In this document: piece by piece, positions 12,320 through 24,110 of the stretch
Layout of the letters: every line of letters begins with the position of its first letter
How positions within the stretch are numbered: the stretch's first letter is position 1
Assembly: GCF_016433145.1 (NCBI RefSeq)
Contig: NC_058134.1
Span: 207,503,156 to 207,567,155, forward strand
Origin: Gracilinanus agilis
Taxonomy: Eukaryota
DNA length: 64,000 bases
Reading direction: 5' to 3'
Notes under the pieces: model-generated
What the model saw: the letters and a program-made list of their open reading frames with translations, nothing else
The model's database searches: none
What the model was told of the DNA's origin: nothing
Translations under genes and position numbers: made by a program

Positions 12320-13127
12320 GGCTATTTAGCTACACAAAATAGCTAAATAGCAACATAGTTTTAGTATTAAAATGGGATCATTTGAAATAGTCTTTTATTT
12401 CTGAGTAAAGTTTAATATGAACGTCAAGTTTAGTATCAGGAAATGCTAGCCCAAACTACTGGCCCAGTGCTAGGCAGTGAAACATTACAGTGTAATAATG
12501 AAGTGAAATACCTCAGGATCATTCCACCCCTACTTCCTGTTTCTTTCAATAAAATATTTTCATGATTTAAGCAGAATTCCACCAGGACCAATGTAGTGAA
12601 TTTCATTAATGTTAAAAGTTTAAAAGAAGTTTTCTGCCAAGGCCTCCATACCTCTAGACAAATTTGTTGCTCTTCCCCAAAAGAGATTATATCAAACTAG
12701 CTGGTGTTAGTGTATAAAAACCAGAGCACCTCATGCTTCAAGAAGGTGAGGAGCTGACAAGCTGACACAGGCCATAATTTTGTACTTCAATCCAAGTTTT
12801 TTTTTTTTTTTTGGATAAAAATGATCTGACTTGGGCAGACAGTGGGCACTACAGTAAAGAAGTAAAAGGACAAGAATGAAAAGGTCTCTTTTAGTTAGAA
12901 AAATGAATTAAAAATTCTTTTTTATTTAAGAAGAATTTTTACAGCAGAAATGGAAATGTTTACAGAAACATAAAGAATGTGATCATAGAAACTTACAGAA
13001 TAAGACGTAACAGACATGTTTTCTGTTTTTAAAACTTAAATTCGGAAAAATTCTGAAACAGGATTCAATTTTTTTTTAAATTTCAACAAAACAATCATTT
13101 ACATAGGACGATATTTGGAAATTTACA
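12320..13127 (+). promoter_or_regulatory. Putative promoter and 5'UTR of CACNA1C exon 1A
   Basis: TATAAAAA at 12713-12720, MCAT CATTCCA at 12520-12526, CCACCCC at 12524-12530, ETS ACTTCCTG at 12532-12539, and TGACA repeats near 12755-12770. No recognisable TE between about 12060 and 16390. TSS not determinable from sequence. Confidence 0.6.
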
Positions 13128-13263
13128 ATGTTTCAAGCTTTTAAGTCAACCACTCCTGCATATCAGTCACTACCTAATCACCTTCCAGCAGAAACAGAGG
13201 AGAAGTTTAAAGGTACTTTGGTGCATGAAGTTCATCTCAACTGTTTTTACATTTCACATGAAG
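13128..13263 (+). CDS. CACNA1C: CACNA1C (Cav1.2 alpha-1C) cardiac long-N-terminus first coding exon 1A, nested antisense in DCP1B intron 3
   Basis: ATG 13128 has A at -3 and an in-frame upstream TAG at 13104-13106. Encodes MFQAFKSTTPAYQSLPNHLPAETEEKFKGTLVHEVHLNCFYISHE plus phase-1 G, with a strong AAG|GTAAGA donor. Aligns to the recalled human exon 1A peptide MLRAFVQPGTPAYQPLPSHLSANTEVKFKGTLVHEAQLNYFYISPG. CACNA1C is the syntenic neighbour of DCP1B. Confidence 0.93.
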
Positions 13264-16200
13264 GTAAGAAAGTCAGTAATGATGTATGTAAAGAATAGGA
13301 AAGACCAGCTGAAGTTTATTGAATTGCATCTTATTTATATTTAAGTATATATATGTATGTATATATGTTATATTCAATCACAGTACAGATACTTCTTTGG
13401 CATTTACATGGGTATCTAACACAGACTTCCAATAATATTAAAGTTTGAGGCCTGAGGTACTACTACCTAATAAATATATAAACTCATATCCTTGTAATAT
13501 GTCATGCTATAGAAATTCTCAGATCTAAGGTGTTAAATTGTCAGCCTCAACAGGTGCATCAAGCATCTATTTAACTTAAAACATTCCTTCTACTTCTCTT
13601 TTAATTATTATGTAAAGAAGATGGAAATTTTAGTCAGTCTTCCAGGGTGAATTTATGTAGAGCAAGTCAGTTATGATTAGGCTGGTGATTTTATTGTTGT
13701 TTTTCTATTTTGCTGAAAAGACAAAAATATTCAATTTCAAGATGTTAAAAGCATGTGCACTTGGATTTTTAAAGATCATGCATTCAAAAACTTATTTGTC
13801 ATCATCTGACTCTTTGTAGTGTGACATACAACTTAACTGAAAGGTTCTTGAATATATAGTGTATATTTTTTATAAGTATCTCTACATAATCTGATCTTTT
13901 AAAACATCTTTGTATCCCCATTACTAAGTATGTGCTTGTCACATAGTAATTAAGCACTGACTGCTCTATATTTTACCCTAAAGACTTTTCAGTTCTCAAT
14001 CTTGGAAACAAATCTTTGATGTGGTTTGTTTATTACCTAATAAGGATCAATGTTGTTGCTTACTTAATTTTAAAGAATAGGGGCACATTCCTCTGTATTT
14101 AGGCAAAAGATAATATACATATACTGGTTTAGGAAAAGTTTTTCAGGACATTACAGGTGCTTGTATCTTGTTATGCTCTTTTCCTTTTTCACAATATTGC
14201 CAAAAACAACTGGAAAGAAGTTTTCGTGGTTGGCATACTGCATTCATTATATTTTTGTAGTTTTTTCTTTTTTGAACTAGGATTTTTAAAAACGGAGAAC
14301 AAGGCAATTAAATTTAAGATTCCCCAAGTCTTTGGACAGAGCCCTTGGAATATGTCTTCAAAAGCTCATTTCTTTATGAGGAAGTAAATAGAATGAATAT
14401 CTCAATATAAGAACTAAGAATGCTAAATCATTAATTTATATGTGGCTCTATATATGTACATATATAGACATATATATGTGTATATACATCTGTAGGTATA
14501 TGTATATATAAAATATACATGTATATCTGTAAAGAGGAAAAGAGAGCAGTTCTAATTGTTACATTATTTTTTAGCTTGTTACATGTTTAAAAAAATGTGA
14601 TTATGCATAAGGCAGACGTGTATATACAGACAGAGGTACACACATAGATACACTCTACTTTTAATATATATCATATATATACACACACACACACACATAT
14701 AAGTGCTTAATAAATAGTGCTGACAATTGATAATAATATAGTATAATATTTCTATTCCAAAAGGTTACAAAGTGTTTTGGAAAGTTCACAATGGTCAGAA
14801 GAATGGATAGTCACATTTTAAAATGAATTTAGCTTCCTTAAAGTTGACTAGGATCTATTTACATAACTTGTCATCTTGAAAGGGCACTTGCATTGCTTCT
14901 AAAAAAAAAAAGGACAAGGAGAAAAACTAAATGAGCTTCTGTCTCTGCCTTCTTACTACATATGCCTATCTTATCTTAAAGGATGTCTGGAATTCCCAGT
15001 GTTGGCAGTACACTTGCAGCAGTGAATGTTGAGGTCAACTGTTTTGTTGCCCATGCACTGACAGCCATAGATGGGAAATGAAGCCTATGCTTGGCTGGTG
15101 GCATGCTGAATTTGCACTACCAGACCATTCTGAATGTTTTGTACTGAGTGCTTTCCTTCCCTTCAGCACGTTTTAACTAATGCCTTTAATGTATTATTCT
15201 TTTATCCCTCTTCTTAGCTTTTCTGACCAAACAGGGGCATAATCTAATAAGATAGAAAATCTTTACTGGCCAGTGGCAAGCGACATAGCACTGTTATCTT
15301 TGGTCTCTGGGTCTGTTTCTTTTCACATGACATAGAGTTTTTACTATGTCTCACAAATCAACATTCCCATGTTCTTGAAATATCACGAGGTTAACAGTAG
15401 ATGTGGTAGTAGTTGTTTTAAGGATAATTTATAACCCTGAAAACTTTATTTAGAAAATGTGGTAGAAAAGTTGAATATATAGTTTAAAGTAAAGAATAAC
15501 CCCCTCCCTTACAAAAAATAAGTATAAGAACAAAACAAAACTACTAACTCAGGCATTTTACTAGTTTGGATTAAATTAGCATCCAAAAGATAGTATTTTC
15601 AAAATGAAATGTGGATTTGTTAAATGTTACAAATTTATACCAAAAACAAATTATGTCACTGAGCTTACCTAATCCATATAAAAATCCTTGGTTGTCAAAT
15701 ATGGAAAACTCATAGTTTGACAATATCCTCAAGTTTAGGAGGTCAGATTCTTAATCTTTCATTGTTTCTAGACTGTATTTGACATTGCTCTTCTAATTTC
15801 TATGCATTTCCAGGGAAACCCAAATAAGTGTATTATTCAGCAATAATCTTCATATTCAACTTTTAAGTCATATGATCTAAATAACAAATTAGATAAAAGC
15901 AATTTATCTCCCTATCTCTTATCTAAATTTTCATTTGAATTTTACCCATAAACTTATAAATCCCTTTACTTAAAAAATCATTCCCATATAGAAAAATCTC
16001 TAATAGTAGAACTAGTGTTTAAAGTTTTACAACATACTTTTCTGAATAACAGCCTGAGATATAGATATTGCAAACATTATTATTTCCTTTTCTAGACATG
16101 CAAATGAGGGTCAATTATTTTCTTTGGTATTTTTTGAGCCTCCTTTACTAAGCTGTTAATTCTCTTTTCATTATTTTCGTGCATGGCTGTTATTTCTTTT

Positions 16201-16392
16201 CCCAATTTTCCTCTACTGCTCTTATTTGAATTTCCTTCTTTTCTTCCTTTTTATCTTTCTTTAGGTTTTAATCTTCTAGGAATAGTTATGGGGCTTTTGC
16301 AAAATTTTTACATTAGGACTCTGATAAGTGATGACTGTATGTCCCATCAAATAATGATTTTAAGAAAAACCAAAACTAAAAACATTTTAGAC

Positions 16393-16745
16393 TGGTGATG
16401 GCAAACCTATGACATGTGTGTCAACACTGACAAGCATAGCCATTTTTGATGACACATGGCCGCATGCGGCCGCATACAGAAAAGTACGGGGCCGCATGCC
16501 AAGGATGAAACATCTGCTGTAGTGTAGTGTAGATACTCTGTGCACTATAGATGACAATTCTACCTGTATTAATTTACCTGTTTTGGTTTATTAAATAGTT
16601 ATATATTACAATTATCCATTTTTGATATTTAAACTATAAATATTGCAAAATTATGGTTTTTTTCTTGAAGCAACACACCACCTGAGTTATGCTCAGTTTT
16701 TTGGTGAATTTTGACACACCAAGCTCAAAAGGTTGCCCATTGCTG
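16393..16745. mobile_element. Non-autonomous hAT DNA transposon (hAT1/Charlie-type MITE) with perfect 8-bp TSD
   Basis: TIRs tggtgatggcaaacct and aggttgcccattgctg. TSD ttttagac at 16385-16392 and 16746-16753. Confidence 0.9.
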
Positions 16746-17333
16746 TTTTAGACTATAGGTACTCTCAATAAGGAAACTTTGTCAAATGACTAAGAAGTAA
16801 AGATTCTGCTAGAGAAGCTGAATATTACCAATATTACACATAAAGGAAACCAGGAGGAAGCAAGAAGTTATATAGCTGAATGAAAGGATGGCTTATTCTT
16901 TGAAGAAAAAGAAAGGAATGAGCAGAATACTATTAAAAGTTACAAGAAATGTTACTTCATGGGATATATGGTCACCACGTGTAGCTTTTGCTAAATCTTT
17001 CAATAGATCTTTTGACTGATAAAAATTAATATCAGTAAGTTTAGGCTTATTCCATAGACATAAATCAATACAATATTATATCTATACTATTGGCAGTTCA
17101 GACTATTATTCCCCCTATTTCCTAGTTGGTACCTCATAAAATATTTGAAACAAATCTACTAACAAAGCCTGATGCTCATTTTCATAATCATTATTAACCT
17201 AGATCCTCAGATAGGGGAGCACTAACATATAAACACAGATATGTACATGTAAGTAGTTAGGAATAACTGTCAATACTGTGTGTGCATACATGAATACATG
17301 TCCTTAAACTACCCAGTAGTATTTTTTTTTGAC

Positions 17334-17521
17334 TTTTTTTTTTAAAACCCTTAATTTCTGTGTATTGACTTATAGGTGGAAGATTGGTAAGGGTAGGCAA
17401 TGGGGGTCAAGTGACTTACCCAGGGTCACACAGCTGGGAGGTGTCTGAGGCTGGATTTGAACCTAGGACCTCCTGTCTCTAGGCCTGGCTCTCAATCCAC
17501 TGAGCTACCCAGCTGCCCCCT
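17334..17521 (-). mobile_element. SINE1_Mdo-type SINE
   Basis: Full-length. TSD cccagtagtattttt(tttt)gac at 17312-17333 and 17522-17539. Confidence 0.9.
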
Positions 17522-18209
17522 CCCAGTAGTATTTTTGACAGTAGGTATCTTAAACAAGACTTATTCAGGAAAATAAACCCAGTCATATAGCTTTGAATTG
17601 TGAAATGACCGGGCAGTCATTTAATGAAAGTGCTTTTTTTTAAAAATGCAAAATTTGCTCAAATGAAAATTATAGACTTTCCAGTGAATACTGGAATAAT
17701 AATAATAATAATAATGATAGCTAGAATGATTCAAGTGCTCAATCATCTGGCATAGTTGTTTCTTAAAATATTGCAGGTGATTATAACACATGATCACTGA
17801 AAATTTCTGTGAACTTAAGGAAAAAACTATTTTATTGCAACCAGTCTAGTTAAAGAAGCCAACTCAGTCTGACAGGTTGAAGGAAAGGTAGCCCAAAGTT
17901 TTGAGTTTGAGTCCTGCATGTTCAGGAACAAACTGGCACAGTTGGAGAGAGCATAGGTTCTAGGGCCAAGCAGTCACCCTACAAATCATGCCTCAAACAC
18001 TTAAGGGCTGTGACCTTGTTAAGGTACTTGAGCTCTCCTTGCTACAGTTTCTTCACTCGTTAAATAAGGGGACTGGACTTTACAACAGCTTTCTGATGTC
18101 TAAGCTCCTATAGAGATAGCTAGTGGCACATTAGCTAGAAGGCTGGGCCAGGAGTTAAGTAAGACTGAATTCAAATCTAATCTACCAATATGGATGAGTG
18201 GTAAAGTAA

Positions 18210-19790
18210 AGCCTGAGTTCTTTTAATTTGTGTTTCTCTAATTATTAGTGATTTGGAACTTTTTTTGATATGGCTATTGATAGTTTGGATTTCTTCCGCT
18301 GAAAACTCTCTGATCATATCCTTTCACCAATTATTGAACAGCTCTTCTTTAATCATATCCTTTGGTCAATTATGGAATAGAATTTATTCTTTTAAAATTG
18401 AATCTGTTTCAAATACATAATGGAAATGAGAACTGTATGATGTAAAGGTTTTTATTCAATAGTTACCTGCTCCCCTTTAAATTATAGACTGGTTTTGTTT
18501 GCAAACAAATTTTTATTCATTTAATCAAAATTGTCCATTTTATCTTTTGTGATCCTCTCTATTCTTTGGTTATGAACTTCCCCTGTTCATAAATCTGATA
18601 ACTAATTTCTTCCTAGCTCTTCTAATTTTATACTATTCACTATATCTAAGTCATGCATCAATTTGGAGCTTAACTTGGAATGCTTTGAAAGATGTTGGTC
18701 TATGAATGAAAGAAAATTATTAAGCACTTATTAGGTATAAAGCACTACACTAAGAACTATCTTTAGAAATAGAAAAGTAAGGCTATCCCTGTTAGAAATA
18801 GAAAAGTAAGGCTGTCCCTGTTCTCAAGGAACTCACACTCTAATGAGTAAGACAAGAGAAATAGAAGGTTTCAGTTGCAAGAGCAATGGAAAGGTCTTAT
18901 GATGCTTAGAACTTGCAGCAGCAAAGCAGATGGTAATGACTGTTCTTTAATGTCATTTTTGCAGATAAAATCTTGTAACATTTCTGATATTGAACCACTG
19001 GGAAGGACAAAGATTTAAGTGGCAAGAATTTTCTTTCCTAAGTCTTCAACAACTATGGTTGTAGCACACGAAGTAGTTTCCTGGCTGTATTTCCCCAAGA
19101 ATTACTTTCCAGGGGCACTGTAGCACCAAATCATTTTGAAGATTACTGTTCTGTAAAAGTTTAAAATTTGGTATTTTTAGGCCCTTTCCTCAATTTTATT
19201 TATTGTTTCCCTTGATATTCTTGACCTTTTGTTCATCCAAATGAATTTTGTTATTCTTTTTTCCAGCTCCATGAAGTAATCTTTTGGTGGTCTGATTGGT
19301 ATGTCACCAATTAAACAAATTAATTTAGGTAATTAAATACATTAATTTTTATCAGTTGGCTCAGTCTATCTATTTTTGTAGAGTGTTTTGTAATTGTATT
19401 CACATAGTTCCTTTTTCCTAAAGTGTCTGGTAAGTAGATTCCCAAGTATTTTATACATTTCTTATAGTTATTTTAAATAGAATTTCTCTATTTCTTCCTG
19501 CCGGGTTTTGCTGGTAATGTACAGAAATATTTATGTGGGTTTATTTTATGTCCTGCAACTGTGAATATATTATTTTGAAATTATTGTTTCAATTAATTTT
19601 TTGGTTGAGGTTCTAGGTTTCTCTAAATAAACCATTATATCATCTGCAAAGAGTGATAATTTTGTTTTCTCTTTGTTAGTGCTTATTCTCTCAATTTTTT
19701 CCTTGTCTTATAACTAAGCTTGTATTTCTAATATTGTATTAAATATCTAATTTAAAATAAAAACACAAGACTAAAGAGAAACCTAAAAAA
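18210..19790 (-). mobile_element. L1 ORF2 fragments interrupted by an L2-tailed element (about 18705-19150)
   Basis: Contains L1-antisense motifs ccatttatatcttttgtgatc and ccattatatcatctgcaaagagtga. The insert starts with an inverted L2 3' terminus. Confidence 0.75.
18763..18820. repeat. 29-bp tandem duplication (2 copies, 1 mismatch)
   Basis: ttagaaatagaaaagtaaggct[a/g]tccctg repeated twice. Confidence 0.95.
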
Positions 19791-19831
19791 GTTAATATAT
19801 TCGGGAAATTGTAAAGGATTACATAATGAAA

Positions 19832-20065
19832 GGGCAGCTTGGTAGCACAGTGGATAGAGAGCCAGGTCTAGAGTCAGGAAGACATGAGTTCAAGTCCAGC
19901 CTCAGTCACATCTGGCTGTGACTCTGGGCAAATCATTTAACCCTATTTGACTCAGTTTCCTCATCTATAAAATAAGCTGGAGAAGAAAATGGCAAACCAC
20001 TCCAGTGTCTTTGCCAAGAAAACCCCCAAAAGGGGACACAGTTGAAAACAACTTAAACAACCACA
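19832..20065 (+). mobile_element. MAR1 SINE
   Basis: tRNA head, CORE and RTE tail gctggagaagaaaatggcaaaccactccagtgtctttgccaagaaaacccc. Confidence 0.85.
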
Positions 20066-20499
20066 AATATGATGAAGTATTTTATTTTAATATGGAAAGA
20101 AGAAGCAAATGTTCCCTCAGATTTTTAATATCTTCAAGTGTCACAGAAGTAGGTAAAATAAGACAGAGGTTGTCAGGATGGTTTTGTTCTATTTTAATGA
20201 TTTTTAAAGTAGAAATATAAGAGATGAGAAAAGGAGTACATAAAGGAAGGGGATAAAACTTCCCATTTCAAAGAATCAGGGTATTCAAGAAGATAACTAT
20301 GTAAACATGGGGAATCTGTCACAAGAATCTCACTTTCATCTGAACTCACACATAGAATTTGGTTTAAAAATACATGAAACTCACTAAGGAAATAGATAGG
20401 AAGAAGGGGAGTGGAGGTTATGAGGAAAAAGAGAATCTGGATAGAATTTGTCATAAGCAAAATAAACCCTAATGCTGGAGAGTTGATTGTGAAGGAAGG

Positions 20500-23400
20500 A
20501 TTTAAGGGTTGCTTTGATTTGTCATGTTTTTCTAGGGGAGCTATAATCTGAAGTCCCTTTGCATCCTCTCTTCAAGATCAATATAAGTTTTGCTTATGTG
20601 GAAATCATGTTATTGCTTTTTGTTTCTTTTCTTCCAGATTCTCTTCTTCATTTCTGTGTAGATACATTTGCAAATGTTTTTTTCCCCCTGTTGTTTATTT
20701 GGTGAGATATAGCACTATGGATTTGATGTTTTCTATTATGTCAATTATTTCTGTCATGCAGGCCATAATTCTTTCACAATTCTTATTTCTTTTTTAAGTC
20801 TTTTGAAAGAATTATGCTATGATTCCATTCTTTGTTGGGAACCTGACCTCATCAAGTATTTATTCACTTTTGGTTTTTTTCTGCAATAGTTATTCATAGA
20901 TTTGTGGACTCTTTAGCTATCTACATTTTATATGTTCTTTTGCTATCAGTATCTTCCAGTTGGTTTATCTGTTTATGTTTAGTCTGAGTTTTCTTCTTCT
21001 TGAAGGTTTTGGTAATTCCAGTCTTTTTTTCATTAAATTCTCCTATTACTCACCTTCTGACTCCTTCCCCTTTGAGGATGATTTCCCTGGAGGCTAGACA
21101 TCAAAGTAGTCTCAGTCTCTCCTGCTCTGGATAATACATTTTTCTCTAGTCTCAAACTCTGCTTGAAAGTGACTTTCTAGGGGATAGAATTTGACTCAGC
21201 TGGATTTGGGCTGTTTCCCTAAGGCTTAGTAGAACGTAACACAGTCTTACATAGTGGTATCTTACTCCAGTTTCCTCTGTTTCTCCCTCTCAGTTCTCTT
21301 GCTGAGCTTTATTATATAGCAAAGAGCACCTTCCTCACTGCTATCCCAGTAGCAAGCTTCTTTTTGCCTTTTGGTTATTTGAAGCACTGAGAGGAGGATA
21401 GGGGTAGAGTTAAATTCTATTGCAAGCCTATGGGTAAATTTGTGTAGCCTACCCAAGCATGGTGAGTGGTGGGGGAGAGGTTAATGAGTGTTTTAGGTGT
21501 TAAGGATTAGCATTCTCTGACGATAATTCATCAGGTTTTTTTTTTTAATCTCAGTAGGAGTTCTTGGTGTCACAGACTATGGAATCAGTTGAAATTGTTT
21601 TATCTTTTGTGCATTATTTCTATTATGGATATATATGAGAGGTCATGAAGTTCACAGAAAATGTCTAGTCCTCCATCTTGTTTGGTCATCTGACCCAAAA
21701 AGGGGGAATTAAAAGGAAAGGAAAAAAAAGAGTAAATATTGTTGATCAGAGTCTAGGAGAAGAAAAGAAAAAAGGGCAGTAGACTGTTTCAATTACAGAT
21801 GACTAGTGTTGAACATATTCTTCTTTCATTAAATTCCTTATAAAAAAGGAGGATGGGAAAAAGGAAGAGATGAAAAAGTACAAGATTAAGATGGAGGGAG
21901 ATACACAATTAATTAACAATCATAAACAAAAATGTTAAAGAAATGAAATCATCTATAAAATGAGATCAGATAGGGAAAGTGGATTAGAAGGCAGAATCTA
22001 TTAATATGTTGTTTATAAGAAACTACTTGAATTAAGCAGAGTTAAAAGAAAGAAGAAGGGGGAGAATATTTAATACTTTAGGTGAACTAAAAAAGCAAGA
22101 GCAATAATCATGATCTGAGACAAAGAATAGGAAAATTATACATAACTGAGATAAATTGGGAAACAACATTATGTTTAAATACATCACATATAGTGAAATA
22201 TCACTGATATAAAATATAAGGCATCTAATTTATTGAAGAAAAATAACTGATTTACAGAAAAGGGAGATAATGCATTAGTTCAAGATTTGAATGGACCTCT
22301 TTAGACTGATAAATCTAGTAAATAAATAAATAAGAAAGAAGTTAAGGTCCTGAGTAAAAGTTTTAGAAAAGTTAGATATAATAAATTCTCTAGTGGTTAT
22401 AGAATGGGAATAAAAGGGGATATTCCACATTGCTGTACAGCACATTTACAAAAACTGATCATGTATAAAGACATAAAAACTTAAAATGCACAAAAAGTAG
22501 AAATGTCAAATCTATATTTAACTGACCACACCCAATAAAAATATATTCAAGGTAGGGCCTTTGAAGATAGGATTAAAAATTAAATATTAAATTTGTGAGT
22601 CAAAGAATAAACCATAGAAACAAAAATTCTTGATGACAAAGCAAATGATAAGGATACTAAATACTAAAACTTTTGGGATGTAGCAAAAGCAGTCCTAGGG
22701 GGATATTGGATCCTAGATACTCTGAAAACATTCTGGGGAGTTGAGTTGCACAACAACACGTGAATCATGTTTAAATTTCCCAACCCAAATCTAGGCTTCC
22801 ACAAAGGGAACCCCTGAGGCCTAAAGAGGATCTCTGAAAGACAAACTATACCAGTAGATAGCCAGATATACAAGGTAGAGCACACTGTGACCCTAAGAAG
22901 CTTCAGAGTAGTTCCAGAATTTTTGTATGAACTCATCAGCACCTAAGCCCATCTTAGCCCAGTCTGAATCTTCTTTTAGAGTGGCTGCATTAGAGCAACT
23001 TTTGGGGTACTCTGGGTAGGCCCAGTATGGTACGTGCTGCCCAGCCGGGAAAGGGTATCATATTTCTTCAAATCCATGATTGAGAGGTGAACTCTGCTCT
23101 GGAGGGAACAGTCTTGAGGCATTCTATAAGTTGATATTACAAAGTACTCTAAGAAAGAACTTAAGTCTATCAGGGAGAGCAGCCACAAGGCTTTCATGGT
23201 CCAATGGAGCACCATAGGCCCAGACCAAACTGTGGAAGGAAGGCAAAATCTGGCCAGAACAGTCCCTGAAATCTGAAATCCCTGCACAAGAGTATCCCTG
23301 AGCCTCGCATCAGGGGGAAGGACCTAGGGTAGACCTACAGCAGAGAGATCTGTGACAAGGGGGAGCCTCTAACCAGAGTCCTGCAATCCTGTAAAAAGGG

Positions 23401-24110
23401 TTGATATAGTCTAGAACACTCAGGACCTGTGCACAAAATTCTTAGCTTAGCCAAAAAAGAAAGCTTCTCATGAGCAAACCAAGGAAACCTCCAACCACTA
23501 TGAAGAAGTATTTTGGTGTGAAAGATAGTCAAGAGGTGAAACCCAAAGACAATAACAACTTCACAAGAGCAGGTAAAGTCTCAGAGAAAAGAAAATGTCC
23601 TGACTATAGGGATTACAGAACTACCTGCAGGAATTTAAACAAGAGATTCAGAATGGAAAAGCTAGGGAGGAAAGAAAGGCAAGGGGAAATGATAGCTGTT
23701 ACAACAAAGAATAGAAAAGCTCACTGAAGAACTGAATGCTTAGAAATTATAATGGGACAGGAAGAAAACAACTCAATAAGAAGACAAGAGATAGCAAAAC
23801 TAAACTAAAAAAAAAAGAAAAAATCTAAGCAACATAATATTTTTTAAAAGTTAACTTGGAAAACAGGCTAAGGAGAAACAATTTAATAACTATCAGACTT
23901 TCTGAAAATTATAATTACAGAAAAGTCTGGATACCATATTTCTGGAAATTATAAAACTGCCCAGAACTCTTAGAATGAGGGGGCAATATGAAAATACAAA
24001 AAAATTTCAAAATGAAAAATTCCAGGAACATTCTATATAAAATCTGTAGAGCTTTCAGGTCAAAGAAAAAAAATACTACAGGCTGCCAACAAGAAGGGAG
24101 TTCACATACT
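20500..24110. mobile_element. L1 cluster: minus ORF1/5'UTR (about 20500-21650), plus spacer/ORF2 endonuclease (about 21650-22690), plus 5'UTR and ORF1 (about 22690-24110)
   Basis: EN-like remnants. ORF 23470-23727 (MSKPRKPPTTMKKYFG...) resembles a marsupial L1 ORF1 N-terminus, preceded by a GC-richer 5'UTR. Confidence 0.7.
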
